Positions 1 to 9,837 are shown, counted from the stretch's first letter. The stretch is DNA of 64,000 nt from Patescibacteria group bacterium (GCA_041650715.1 JBAZKQ010000001.1:659913-723912); one strand, 5' to 3'. Notes: a model not told the origin generated them from the letters alone. Numbers and translations are program-made.

Positions 1-2657
1 ATATGCAAAAGAGGTTGGGCAGAGCCTATAATATGCAGGGGGGAGTCTGGATTCGTTAATCCAATCCCCACATTCCCCGCCCCCGAATCTCCATTCCAAA
101 TATTTCCGTTCTTAGTTCCATTCCACAAAGAGGTGCTGGCAACAGTACTGGTGGCCGAACCAATCATGGTTTTCACTAAACCATAATTAGCTAAAGCATA
201 GTCATCTGATGCTAAATATGTGTTTGTAAAATTGTGCCCAGTATTTCCTGAGCCAGCCGGAGCGGAGCCGGCGTTTCCAATGGAGAAAATATCATTCGGG
301 GCAGTGGTTCCGATACCGACGTTGCCCGTGCTATCGATTCTCATCCTATCACTTGTTCCTCCCGTTTGAAAACTCAAAAACCCGGCGGCATTTGAGGCCT
401 TGATAGTGAGCCCGCTTACTGCTGATAACCCTTCCACGTAATTGCTGCCGATTTGCGTATTTACCACACCCACAGTCCCGGAAAAATAACTGTTACCAGT
501 AACGGATAATCTATAAGCTCCAACCGCCGTCGTCCCAATTCCGACATTTCCTTGGTTATTAATAACCATTCTTATTTTATCAGCATCAAACGAAGTGCCA
601 CCCAAAGCATCCGTGGTTCCAAAGTACAATCCTCCGGAAACGCCTTTGGCTCCCCTATCAGTATATATGGCTGGGCCCCAGCCAGCCGTCGTTGGTATGA
701 AAGTAATACCTGCACCGCTTAAGGGGTCGGTAACATCAACATTTCTTATCACTGTTTTAATAAATCCAGCCGTACTACTTCCGGATACATCCAACTTAAC
801 GATGGGATTCGTCGTCCCAATTCCGACATTATTGGCTAAATTCAAATTCCAAATATTTCCACTCGTTGAACCACCCCAAAGAGCGGCGCCACTTGTAGCT
901 GTTCCGATCATCGTTTTCACTAAACCATAATTAGCTAAAGCATAGTCATCTGATGCTAAATATGTATTTGTAAAGTTATGACCTGTATTGCCAGACCCTG
1001 CCGGAGCGGAACCGGCATTGCCGATAGAAAAAATATCATTAGGAAGGGTTGTGCCGATACCAATGTTGCCGAAAGAGGATATATAGACACTATTATTCAC
1101 ATTTCCTAAACTTATATTTCCAGTTGTATCAACTATAGAGTAATAATGCGCGGAATCACCGGTTGAAATATCTGTGGTTGTATAAAAATCATATTTTTTC
1201 CCACCCGTAACAGCTTGACCGAATCTTGTTCCGCTAGATCCAAGTTTTAAAGCAGAGTTATCGGGTAACTCAATTGCCTTCTTCCAACCATTAGTCGTCC
1301 AGGTGTCAGAACCGACAACAGTTAATTTAGATGTAGGATTAGTAATTCCAATCCCGACATTGCCGGATTTATTTATTACCATCACTCTAGTTCCGCCACT
1401 TGAATTTGAAAAATTATCAAAAGCAAATAATGTTCTATTTGCTACAACGCCATTATTTTGTCTTGCTTGAAATAAAACTATTGGGTCTGTCCCTGTATCT
1501 GTTGTGGTATCTCCCAAAAACCATAGACCTGGATAACTTGCCCCATTACTCTTTCCGTTAAAAATAGGGGCCATAGCGCCAATAGTTCCCGTAGAATTGC
1601 TTATTCTAAAATAACCATTAGCCGGAGCGACTCCATTTCCATTTATATTAAGATAGCTCGTTCCAGCCGCTGTTATATCGAGAGCATAAGTTGGATTCGT
1701 CGTCCCAATTCCAATATTTCCCGTATTGGCGTTCCATACATTTCCAAATAGACTACCCTGCCAAAAACTACTGGTAGCGACCTGAGACATAATACTTGAA
1801 GATGCAAGTTGAATAGCTGAATCTAAATAACCCTTGTTAATTACATCCTCGTTAGCAGTAATAGTCGCGGACCGCATTTTTATTAAACCATTAACATCAA
1901 GGGTCGCTTCAGGCGTTGAAGTACCGATGCCGACACTGCCGTCTGTCTGTTTAACAAAAATACGTGTTAGCCCGTTTGTTTGTAACTGTAAATCATTTGT
2001 CGAATATGCGCTGAATGTTCCCCCGAAAGAATAAACCGGTTTATCAAAAATAAACCGGGAGCGGTCCGTATAAATATGCGCCCAACTCGAACTCAAAGGC
2101 GTAATACTAATGTAACCATAGGCATTTTGAATTCTCATCCCCGGGGCAGTATCTCCATTAAAGGTGACGTTTTCTCCGGACACGGTGTTGCTGCCTATTT
2201 TTAATTTGCCATTTATCTCCAATCTTTCCGTCGGCGTGCTCGTCCCAATCCCGACATTCCCGGGATTAGTTACTCCAAAAGAATAATTACCGCCGTAGCC
2301 GTAAAACCCAAACTCACCCGGAGTAACATTGGTTGCCGGTACGAGCCCGCTCATCGGACCGATAAAAGAGGTCGCCCGCACCGCGCCGTTAACATCAAGC
2401 CAGACTCCGTTGTCAGCCGGTGAACTTGTCGCAATACCGACCGGGCCCGCCAAACTTGTCGGTGTCCAGGTATTAGCAAAGTCCTTAAATAAATCATTCC
2501 ATTCGCTCGCGGTCAAAGTTCCGTTAAAAGGCTTCTCGTAAGTCGAAGTGGCAAAGGCCGCAACGGCATTTTTCGCCGCAAGCGTAAATAAAAAAGCCCC
2601 GCAAATTAAAAAAGCGGCGGTGAAATTTTTGAATTTTCGTCCTCGATTAAGGGACAT
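1..2657 (-). CDS. Secreted repeat protein, N-terminal >=885 aa only (C-terminus lies beyond window start); GNVGIGT-motif, tail-fibre-like beta-repeat protein
   Basis: Absent from the ORF track because it has no in-window stop. ATG at 2657 (revcomp of cat 2655-2657) gives MSLNRGRKFKNFTAAFLICGAFLFTLAAKNAVAAFATSTYEKPFNG..., which looks like a signal peptide. Spot translations at 1364 (GNVGIGITNPTSKLTV) and 326 (GNVGIGTTAPND) are in the same frame as 2657. No other minus-strand track ORF exists in 1-2657. The functional label rests on motif resemblance only. Confidence 0.75.
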   Translation of the reverse strand, partial: MSLNRGRKFKNFTAAFLICGAFLFTLAAKNAVAAFATSTYEKPFNGTLTASEWNDLFKDFANTWTPTSLAGPVGIATSSPADNGVWLDVNGAVRATSFIGPMSGLVPATNVTPGEFGFYGYGGNYSFGVTNPGNVGIGTSTPTERLEINGKLKIGSNTVSGENVTFNGDTAPGMRIQNAYGYISITPLSSSWAHIYTDRSRFIFDKPVYSFGGTFSAYSTNDLQLQTNGLTRIFVKQTDGSVGIGTSTPEATLDVNGLIKMRSATITANEDVINKGYLDSAIQLASSSIMSQVATSSFWQGSLFGNVWNANTGNIGIGTTNPTYALDITAAGTSYLNINGNGVAPANGYFRISNSTGTIGAMAPIFNGKSNGASYPGLWFLGDTTTDTGTDPIVLFQARQNNGVVANRTLFAFDNFSNSSGGTRVMVINKSGNVGIGITNPTSKLTVVGSDTWTTNGWKKAIELPDNSALKLGSSGTRFGQAVTGGKKYDFYTTTDISTGDSAHYYSIVDTTGNISLGNVNNSVYISSFGNIGIGTTLPNDIFSIGNAGSAPAGSGNTGHNFTNTYLASDDYALANYGLVKTMIGTATSGAALWGGSTSGNIWNLNLANNVGIGTTNPIVKLDVSGSSTAGFIKTVIRNVDVTDPLSGAGITFIPTTAGWGPAIYTDRGAKGVSGGLYFGTTDALGGTSFDADKIRMVINNQGNVGIGTTAVGAYRLSVTGNSYFSGTVGVVNTQIGSNYVEGLSAVSGLTIKASNAAGFLSFQTGGTSDRMRIDSTGNVGIGTTAPNDIFSIGNAGSAPAGSGNTGHNFTNTYLASDDYALANYGLVKTMIGSATSTVASTSLWNGTKNGNIWNGDSGAGNVGIGLTNPDSPLHIIGSAQPLLH

Positions 2658-2721
2658 TAAAATTAAATATTTTTCAAATTTTCCGATGCTAATATTATAC
2701 CATTTTCTTATTCTTCTGCCA

Positions 2722-2750
2722 AGAAAAAACCGCCTCTTTTCGGCGGTCTT
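2722..2750 (-). terminator. Intrinsic terminator closing the pilus operon
   Basis: Stem accgcc (2729-2734) / ggcggt (2742-2747). On the minus strand it follows the stop of 2751..3125 directly and is followed by TTTTTCTT. Confidence 0.7.
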
Positions 2751-3125
2751 TTACATCCTCAATTCGACGCTTCTTTTAGTCTTGTTAAACTCCCCAATCG
2801 AGGTAAAAATTATGGGGTTAAAGTGGGTATAATAGACTTTATAATCCGAGCCCAGGGGTAAAGTTCCCTCGAAAACGGTTTCCTCTGTTGAATTCTCGGT
2901 ACTCCACCAGCCCCTTTGGCGCAGCTCCCAGAGAATCTTCTCCGATCCCGCCTCGGCGGCAAAATACGCCTTGGTCGATTGCGATTGGACACCGGCCGCT
3001 TTAATGCCGAGCAAAATAATATAAGAACCGCTCATGGCAACCACGAGCATGCCGGCAATAATAAACATGGTGAGCGCCAAGGCGCTGCCGGTTTTCGTTT
3101 TATGTTTTAACAAAAATATTTTCAT
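2751..3125 (-). CDS. PilX-like minor pilin / pilus assembly protein
   Basis: N-terminus MKIFLLKHKTKTGSALALTMFIIAGMLVVAMS resembles the PilX N-terminal hydrophobic segment. It is the last gene of the minor-pilin block. Confidence 0.5.
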   Translation of the reverse strand: MKIFLLKHKTKTGSALALTMFIIAGMLVVAMSGSYIILLGIKAAGVQSQSTKAYFAAEAGSEKILWELRQRGWWSTENSTEETVFEGTLPLGSDYKVYYTHFNPIIFTSIGEFNKTKRSVELRM

Positions 3126-3127
3126 GT

Positions 3128-3742
3128 TTATTTATAATAGCGCGAAGTGATGCTGGTTTGGAGCGTCATCTCGGACTTAAATTGCGCGCTATCTATCGCA
3201 TTGGCTTTTAAACTAATGGTCACCATCGGCTGGGCGGTCGGGTCCGCGTCATTAAGGAAAAAGCGCAGGCCTTCAATTTTAATTTTTGCCGGGGAAATCC
3301 AATCATATTTTACAACCGAGCCGCTCCGGCGTGCCACGCGGAAACGGGGATTGTCAGCCTCATTTTCCGTATCATATGCGACGGTATAAGAAACGCACTC
3401 GCCGTAATAATTTTTAAAAGACAGACCATCAGTGCCATCCGCCAAATGATCGACTTTAAATATCTGGTCGTCCCCAAGTCCGAAACAGACACCTTCATTT
3501 TTTTGCGCCATGCGCATTTCCTTAGCCGTCACTTCCAAAAAATATTTCAAGCTTTCTTGCACGTTCTGAGTCGCAATCGCGCTTCTCTGCCCGTCAATCG
3601 CCAGTTTAAAAATCGTGGTAATCGACAGCATAATAACGGAAAAAAGGGCGACCGAAACCATCACCTCCATCAAAGTAAAGGCGCCGCTATCAAAGCGCTT
3701 AACCCAATTAATTTGTTTCTGTTTATATTTAAAGCCAATCAT
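3128..3742 (-). CDS. Minor (pseudo)pilin with prepilin-type N-terminal motif
   Basis: Motif SGAFTLMEVMVSVALFSVIM (G/A-F-T-L-x-E class III signal). The track start 3892 overlaps the upstream gene by 164 nt. An internal Met at 3742 (MIGFKYKQKQINWVKRFDSGAFTLMEV) gives a normal short leader. The exact start is uncertain. Confidence 0.7.
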   Translation of the reverse strand: MIGFKYKQKQINWVKRFDSGAFTLMEVMVSVALFSVIMLSITTIFKLAIDGQRSAIATQNVQESLKYFLEVTAKEMRMAQKNEGVCFGLGDDQIFKVDHLADGTDGLSFKNYYGECVSYTVAYDTENEADNPRFRVARRSGSVVKYDWISPAKIKIEGLRFFLNDADPTAQPMVTISLKANAIDSAQFKSEMTLQTSITSRYYK

Positions 3743-4292
3743 AAAGCATAGTTTCAAGCGAATATTCATAAACGCGATCATGGTCGGTCCAATAAATATG
3801 AGCAACCACCAACATCCCTGAATCGGAATCACTGAGCGTAATAATCCGGTAATAATTAGTAGCGGCCGGAGACGGAAAAGGATTATCCACATATGTGCCG
3901 TCCGAACTTAGATAAAGATTACCGTACATACTGGCGATGCTAAAACCAGGGTCGGGCAAAATACAACCCGTGCAGTTCGGAGTCAAAGCCAGAGTCGGGA
4001 CCGTATCGGTATAGTCCATATAGTAATGACCAGCCGCTAAATTTGTCCGCCAATTTAAACGCGGCGTCTGACGCCAATTCGTATCGCGGACTTCACGTAT
4101 GAGTTCTATCCCCTCTTGCGCCAATTGATAGGCGACCAGAGTATTTTTATTCAAACTTTGGCTGGCAATATTTTGGACGATTAAAGACAGGACGCCAATC
4201 ATACCGATAGACACGATAAAAAGAACCGTAATCACTTCGATTAAAGTAAAAGCTTTCTTATCGCTTCTTCCCTGTTTTTCGTCTTTTGTCAT
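3729..4292 (-). CDS. Minor pilin (PilV-like) with prepilin-type N-terminus
   Basis: MTKDEKQGRSDKKAFTLIEVITVLFIVSIGMIGVL: an FTLIE motif followed by a hydrophobic helix. Confidence 0.7.
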   Translation of the reverse strand: MTKDEKQGRSDKKAFTLIEVITVLFIVSIGMIGVLSLIVQNIASQSLNKNTLVAYQLAQEGIELIREVRDTNWRQTPRLNWRTNLAAGHYYMDYTDTVPTLALTPNCTGCILPDPGFSIASMYGNLYLSSDGTYVDNPFPSPAATNYYRIITLSDSDSGMLVVAHIYWTDHDRVYEYSLETMLYDWL

Positions 4293-4313
4293 CGGGCTAA
4301 TAGCTATAAATAA

Positions 4314-5000
4314 TTAATTATCAAGCACCTCGGCTAATCCTAAAAAATTAACGCGCACCGTTTTTCTCGCACCGGTATTTTTCTCCAGTAAATTTATTCT
4401 GAGAACGGTTGAGGTCCCATAACCATACCAAATATTGGTTTGCGGATCGGGCGGTAAAAAAGTAACATTGGCCCCGAGATAGCTGCAAGTACCGGTATCG
4501 CAGGTTTGAATCGAATCAATCACTATCCCACTCGGCAAAGTAATTTCGCGGGCGCCCAAATCAATCAGGCCTTCGCTATCAGGATCATAATCCATATAAC
4601 CGGTATCAGCCGGCCAAACCTGCCCCGGCTCATTGCTGGCGGGACGATTTAAATCGGCAAAAAGTGTATAGAGATTGGAATTAACCACAAAATGAAGACC
4701 CCAACCGCCGGCCGGAACCTCGTCGCCATATTTAACCAAACCGAGCGTGTTGTTTTGCGCCGCGTGGATATCGGCAACCATTTTCTGCGCCGTCATCATT
4801 AAATCCGTGCGCTTATTGCTTGATTTATAATTGGCAATAAAAAGCGCCGTGATAATCACGATTAAAGAAATACTCGTAATCATTTCGAGTAGGGTGAAAC
4901 CGGCTTTAGCGCCGGTTTTTGCGCCGGTTTTTGCGTCCGCCCTGAAGCCGATTGCGCCCTCTTTATTTGGCTTTAATTTCTCGCCAGATTGGTAAATCAT
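4314..5000 (-). CDS. Pilin-like protein with prepilin-type N-terminus and an unusually long leader
   Basis: KAGFTLLEMITSISLIVIITALFI motif, preceded by a 33-aa leader containing the AKTGAKTGAKAG repeat. Overlaps the 3' end of the upstream gene by 38 nt. Confidence 0.65.
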   Translation of the reverse strand: MIYQSGEKLKPNKEGAIGFRADAKTGAKTGAKAGFTLLEMITSISLIVIITALFIANYKSSNKRTDLMMTAQKMVADIHAAQNNTLGLVKYGDEVPAGGWGLHFVVNSNLYTLFADLNRPASNEPGQVWPADTGYMDYDPDSEGLIDLGAREITLPSGIVIDSIQTCDTGTCSYLGANVTFLPPDPQTNIWYGYGTSTVLRINLLEKNTGARKTVRVNFLGLAEVLDN

Positions 5001-6402
5001 AATTTATACGCGTGGACGTCGACATTGAACAAGTATAATTATCTACATCCGTTAATTTTAAAGTGACCGTCGTGCTCGTCGATAAGTTAAAAGTAATATC
5101 CGTGAGCGCCGACGTCGATGCCGAAATAACATCCCCGATCGCGTTGCTGGTTGACCATAAATAGCTACAGTTTGTGCCATAACAAGGCGTCGCTGTTGAA
5201 AACCCACCCGTATAAAATAGCGACGAAGTAGCGGAAAACGCGGTCGTACTGCCAATGATGATATTATAGGGCGACCAGACCATGTAGGGCGTCGGAAATT
5301 CATGCTTATAAGTCGTAAAGGTTAAAGGATTAATATCGGGATTGCCATCCGTGTCCGTCGATTTATTGCCGTAATATTGATACCAACCGGTCGGAGTATC
5401 TGTTTCGTCGTACAATCTTATCCACCAATAATAGTTCGTGTTATAAGCAAGCGAACCGCAAGTCGGATCGGAGTTTGGCAAATTGTATTGCGAAGCAAAG
5501 TCGGAATATTTTTTACCCGACCAGCAAGTCGCTGTACTCGTGCTCAGAGTGGGCGAATCGTCAACGACTATTTCATAAGCCGTTTGTGTGCCGCTGCGCC
5601 GGCACCATTTTAGAGTCGCGCCGAGCGCCGTCGAATTACAAGCCTGATCATAAGTCCAATTCGGCGCCGATAAACTGCCGATACTTAAATTGCTGATATA
5701 AACTTTATAGTTGCGCGTCGCGCAAGTATCCCAACCCCCTTCGCCCTTACAATTAAAACTTAAATTGCCGTCATCGCCCGAAGCGTTGCCGACAAAATCG
5801 CCCGGCTGGATACTCGGGTCCGTCCAAACTGAAGTCGCTCCGCAATTTTGCAGTTTAACCGGTGGTACCAAAGCACTATCAAGCCGAATCCAAGTTCCAT
5901 CGCTATCGACTCGAGCGAAACCATAGACTCGCTGGTCAGTTTCATTATAGCAGGCCCAACAATGATTACTGGCATTACATTTATTAACGCAATGAGCGCT
6001 CGTCGTGCCCCAACTATCCGGCGGCTCATCTGTCCCGGAAAAAGAAATTAATCCCTTGGTCGGATTCCAGGCTTGCCCGCCGAAATTATTAAAGCCGTCG
6101 ATATAAACCCCGTGAACTAAATCTTGGCAGGGTAAAGAATAGAAATGAAATTTATCATTGGGCGGCAGATATAGACCACTCCCGCTCAAATTCTGCGGCA
6201 CATCAAGCCGGTCGCCGATTTTATCGTCCAAACAATTAAAATATACTTCCTGTAAGCTATCACCCCACCAGCCGATACCCCGGAGTGTCGAAGTCGCAGC
6301 CTGCGCTGGACGCGCGCTTAAAACCATAAAAAGAAATAAAAAACTGCCGACTATAAAAATGGCATTTTTGGAAAAATTGATTGTGCTTCGGCCTTTGCTC
6401 AT
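4963..6402 (-). CDS. Secreted Cys-rich protein encoded inside the pilus operon (function unknown; candidate pilus-associated adhesin)
   Basis: Signal peptide MSKGRSTINFSKNAIFIVGSFLFLFMVLSARPAQAAT. Many Cys and Trp residues. The C-terminal stretch TDITFNLSTSTTVTLKLTDVDNYTCS looks Ig/PKD-like. No family was recognised with confidence. Confidence 0.6.
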   Translation of the reverse strand: MSKGRSTINFSKNAIFIVGSFLFLFMVLSARPAQAATSTLRGIGWWGDSLQEVYFNCLDDKIGDRLDVPQNLSGSGLYLPPNDKFHFYSLPCQDLVHGVYIDGFNNFGGQAWNPTKGLISFSGTDEPPDSWGTTSAHCVNKCNASNHCWACYNETDQRVYGFARVDSDGTWIRLDSALVPPVKLQNCGATSVWTDPSIQPGDFVGNASGDDGNLSFNCKGEGGWDTCATRNYKVYISNLSIGSLSAPNWTYDQACNSTALGATLKWCRRSGTQTAYEIVVDDSPTLSTSTATCWSGKKYSDFASQYNLPNSDPTCGSLAYNTNYYWWIRLYDETDTPTGWYQYYGNKSTDTDGNPDINPLTFTTYKHEFPTPYMVWSPYNIIIGSTTAFSATSSLFYTGGFSTATPCYGTNCSYLWSTSNAIGDVISASTSALTDITFNLSTSTTVTLKLTDVDNYTCSMSTSTRINYDLPIWREIKAK

Positions 6403-6461
6403 TATTGATGGCGATATTAGCGAGGTTGTTGACCGTGTTATTAACGGCGCTATAAACGATT

Positions 6462-6938
6462 TTACTTTATATTTATTACCTTATTATTATAGCATCTTTC
6501 TAAAAACTTGGCTCCCAGTATCAGCATCTTTTTACGCTCCTCTTCCTTCTCGTCGTTGTAGCCGATTAAATGCAGAAGGCCATGGACAAGCAGAAAATAA
6601 AAAATATAGTCGGCCGATTTCTTTTCGCTAAAAACCTCTAAGTATTTTGCCGGCTTCTTGGTTTCATTAATATTTATGACCACCTCTCCAAGATATTTAA
6701 TCTGTTTAGCTATTCCTGATTTTTTGACTGTGTCCGTATCACTGCCGAAAGATAAAACATCCGTCGTTTTATCAATTCCTCGATAGTCGTTATTAAGACG
6801 GCGCATCCGCGCCGGCCCGACGATAGCGACTGAAACTTCCCAATTTGTTTTTTTATAAACGCGTAAAAACTCGTCCGTAATTATTTTTATTTTCGGCGCG
6901 TTAATTTTATGCTTAGTCGTATTATTTATTTCCACCAT
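6462..6938 (-). CDS. ybeY: rRNA maturation endoribonuclease YbeY
   Basis: Metal-binding motif HGLLHLIGYND near the C-terminus, DVLSF motif, and the typical ~155 aa size. Confidence 0.85.
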   Translation of the reverse strand: MVEINNTTKHKINAPKIKIITDEFLRVYKKTNWEVSVAIVGPARMRRLNNDYRGIDKTTDVLSFGSDTDTVKKSGIAKQIKYLGEVVININETKKPAKYLEVFSEKKSADYIFYFLLVHGLLHLIGYNDEKEEERKKMLILGAKFLERCYNNKVINIK

Positions 6939-6988
6939 ATTTTAATTCTCTAATTCACTTTTTTATTTTTCCGTCTGACTTATTTTAT

Positions 6989-7945
6989 TTATTTTATCAT
7001 TCGTCTCAACTTACGCCCTAACTCATATAGATTATAAATTCCCGGTCGTAAAATATAATCATAGGTGCCGGCGTATTCACGCGTTTCCCCGCCGAAACCG
7101 AGCTTAAAGCGCGTCACGCCCGGCCATTTTACTTCATCGATTCCGTAAAAATCATAATATTTATAAGCCTCTTTTTGCGCTTCTTTAATTATTTCCCACT
7201 GCAATAGATAAGGCGCCATTAAATTGCGCGCTTCATTATCGGACGCACCGTGTAAATAGGTCACGCGCTCGCCCCAAAAACTAAATAAGCCGGTCGCGAT
7301 ATTTTTTCCCTCGTGCCGCGCGAAATATAATTTAATAAACTCGGGCGCGTTTAGTAGATTTTGATAATGCGCCGCCCCGTGCAAACGAAAACCGTCGCGC
7401 TCGCCGGTAAGCGTCAGCAGGCGCCAGAATTCAGAAAAATCCGCGGCCGTTCCAGAAACAATTTCGACTCCTTTTTTCTCGGCTAATTTTATATTATAGC
7501 GCGTCTTAGGATGCATCGCTTTTAATAATTCCTCCACACTGCGACTTAAATCTAAAATTAAAGTTTTTTGCGGCTGCAGAGCCACGCTTTTTTTAATATG
7601 GTTTAGACCTAAGCCCGTCGGTAATTCTTGAGGCTCAAGGCGCAAAAAAATTGCTCCCGTCTTTTTCTTTTTAAATTCAGTGAGTAGAAATTCAATCGCT
7701 ATTTTTTCGCCGATTGGACCGCGCGGTGCGTACCAATAAAAAAATGGACCAAACAAATGTTTTTTGATGACAGTCATAACAGCGCGCACTTGATTATTTT
7801 CCGTGGCGCCCCAGCGCTCGATAATTTCGCCCTCGGCCGCCACCAGTTTTCCCCAGGCCCAGGTTTGCAAAAACTCACCCCCGGCCAGGCGATTTATGGC
7901 GCTAATATTATCCGCGGTTTCTGCGTTTAAATCGATTAATTCCAT
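6989..7945 (-). CDS. FemAB-family peptidoglycan interpeptide-bridge aminoacyltransferase
   Basis: N-terminal FLQTWAWGKL, central YWYAPRGP and C-terminal YYDFYGI ... RFKLGFGG match the FemAB/lipid II glycyltransferase pattern. Confidence 0.7.
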   Translation of the reverse strand: MELIDLNAETADNISAINRLAGGEFLQTWAWGKLVAAEGEIIERWGATENNQVRAVMTVIKKHLFGPFFYWYAPRGPIGEKIAIEFLLTEFKKKKTGAIFLRLEPQELPTGLGLNHIKKSVALQPQKTLILDLSRSVEELLKAMHPKTRYNIKLAEKKGVEIVSGTAADFSEFWRLLTLTGERDGFRLHGAAHYQNLLNAPEFIKLYFARHEGKNIATGLFSFWGERVTYLHGASDNEARNLMAPYLLQWEIIKEAQKEAYKYYDFYGIDEVKWPGVTRFKLGFGGETREYAGTYDYILRPGIYNLYELGRKLRRMIK

Positions 7946-8025
7946 AATATTATTATATCATAAAACAAAAAAGAACTCCCATAATTGAGAGCTCTTTTAA
8001 CTTCTAAAAAAATCTTGTTTGCTTA

Positions 8026-8490
8026 TTATTGAAGATTTCCCGATTGAGCGATACCAGACGGGGTGGCCACTTGTTGACCCGCTTTAATTCCGCCCGTAAC
8101 TGCACCCAAGCAATACTTTAGGGTATAGCTACCGTTGGTAATGCCGTTGATTGTCTGTGCTGCATAAGTATAGCCGTCGGCTACCGTTGTACCACAGGTC
8201 GAACCATCCGCAGGTAATGGTGGTTTCGGAACAATATCCATGTAGATAGTAGTCCCCGAAGCAATCTGACTTCCAGGTGTAACACTGGCCGACGCCGGGT
8301 AACTATACAAATCATTATAATACATTTCCAAAGCAGTTTGGATTTGTTTTACGTCCGCTAAGCGCCGCGCATCACGCGATCTCGCTCTGGCCTGATTTAA
8401 GGCCACGATGGATAAAGTTGATAGCAAGCCGATAATGGCGATAACTACCAATAATTCGATTAAGGTAAAACCTTGTTTATTTTTTTTCAT
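8026..8490 (-). CDS. pilA: Major type IV pilin (PilA-like)
   Basis: MKKNKQGFTLIELLVVIAIIGLLSTLSIVALNQARARSRDARRLADVKQIQTALEMYY is a canonical prepilin leader, N-methylation motif and alpha1 helix. A strong SD (gggaggtgagct) precedes the ATG. Confidence 0.85.
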   Translation of the reverse strand: MKKNKQGFTLIELLVVIAIIGLLSTLSIVALNQARARSRDARRLADVKQIQTALEMYYNDLYSYPASASVTPGSQIASGTTIYMDIVPKPPLPADGSTCGTTVADGYTYAAQTINGITNGSYTLKYCLGAVTGGIKAGQQVATPSGIAQSGNLQ

Positions 8491-8625
8491 AGCTCACCTC
8501 CCTTCAAAGAATTTAGTTTCTGACTTAATACCGGTTATTAAAACAGCAACTAAAAATTTGAATTAATTTATTAAAAATTTTATATATTCATATAATAACA
8601 TATCGCCGAAAAGCCCGCAAGCGTT

Positions 8626-9831
8626 TTAGAAAGAATTGGCCATATTATACATCGGTAAAATTACCGCCGCGACCATAATTCCGACGCCGACACCCATGAT
8701 AACCATAATGAGCGGTTCCATTAACTTACTTAGATTGTCGAGCATGGCAGAAGCTTCGCGCGCATAAAAGGTCGTGATGCGATCAAGCACCGAATCTATT
8801 TTCCCGGTTTTTTCGCCGACCGCAATCATCTGCGGCACCATTTTCGGAACGTCTTTGCTGTTTTCCATAACGGTTGATAAAGGATTCCCGTCATTAATCG
8901 ATTCCAGAGTTTCCAGAATAAGTTCCCGATAAATCACGTTCCCGACCACGTCGGCCACGATTTCAAGCGAACGCGTAATCGTTACGCCCCCCTTTAAAAG
9001 GGTGGATAAAGAACGAGTAAAGCGCATCAAATAAATATATTTGAAGAGTGTGCCAAATATCGGCATACGTAGTTTAACGAGATCAAGATTGCGCTTGCCG
9101 TTATACGTTTTCAAATAAAGACGAACCAAGAGAACCAGTCCAACTATCGCCACGAAAATTAATACGATGTAGCTCTTAAGAAAATTAGAAGCCCCGATAA
9201 CAATTCGGGTCGAGAGCGGCAGTTCCATATCCGTTTCCGTTAGTATCGTCGTTAAATTCGGAATAACATAAATCATTAAAACCACGCCGACGGCGAATAA
9301 CCCCGACATAACAAAAACCGGATAAATCATCGCCCCTTTAATTTTACCGACCATATCATAATTTTTTTCCATTTCATCCGCCAGGTAATTCAAGACCTCG
9401 TCCAATTTTCCCGAGGACTCGCCGGAACGGACGATGTTAACAAAAAAGTCAGAGAAAATCTTCGGGCGCTTGGCAAAAGAATCGGATAAAAAGGCGCCCC
9501 CGTCTACCTCAAAAGCGATTTCCGAAAGCATGTTCTTTAGAGAAATATTATTCGTTTGGTCAACCAGGATTAAAAGCGATTCAACCACGGGGACATTAGC
9601 GGATATCATCACGGAAAACTGACGGGAAAAGATAACCAAATCTTTACCCTTAATCGGCGCGATAAACATCAGGAATTTACTTTCAAAAGTATCGGTGATA
9701 TTAACGATTGAAGTAACGGTCAAATCTTTTTTGCGCAATTTAAACGTGGCCTCATTATCGCTTAAGCCAACGGTCCGTCCTTTTTTTGTTTTTCCCTCTC
9801 CGTCAGTCGCAATGTATTTAAAAATCGGCAT
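8626..9831 (-). CDS. pilC: Type IV pilus platform protein PilC (GspF family)
   Basis: 401 aa with two T2SS-F repeats and three TM segments, directly downstream of pilB. Confidence 0.9.
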   Translation of the reverse strand: MPIFKYIATDGEGKTKKGRTVGLSDNEATFKLRKKDLTVTSIVNITDTFESKFLMFIAPIKGKDLVIFSRQFSVMISANVPVVESLLILVDQTNNISLKNMLSEIAFEVDGGAFLSDSFAKRPKIFSDFFVNIVRSGESSGKLDEVLNYLADEMEKNYDMVGKIKGAMIYPVFVMSGLFAVGVVLMIYVIPNLTTILTETDMELPLSTRIVIGASNFLKSYIVLIFVAIVGLVLLVRLYLKTYNGKRNLDLVKLRMPIFGTLFKYIYLMRFTRSLSTLLKGGVTITRSLEIVADVVGNVIYRELILETLESINDGNPLSTVMENSKDVPKMVPQMIAVGEKTGKIDSVLDRITTFYAREASAMLDNLSKLMEPLIMVIMGVGVGIMVAAVILPMYNMANSF

Positions 9832-9837
9832 ATTTTT

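Noticed and set aside
595-2832. Track ORFs on the plus strand (595..930, 1834..2034, 2329..2541, 2548..2832).
   Set aside because: They lie antisense to a single long minus-strand frame with clear protein repeats and a signal peptide. Their translations are low-complexity Pro/Val/Ile strings typical of shadow ORFs.
3743-3892. Long version of the minor pilin ORF (3128..3892).
   Set aside because: The extra 50 codons overlap the upstream pilin gene and would put about 75 aa before the prepilin motif. An internal Met gives a conventional leader.
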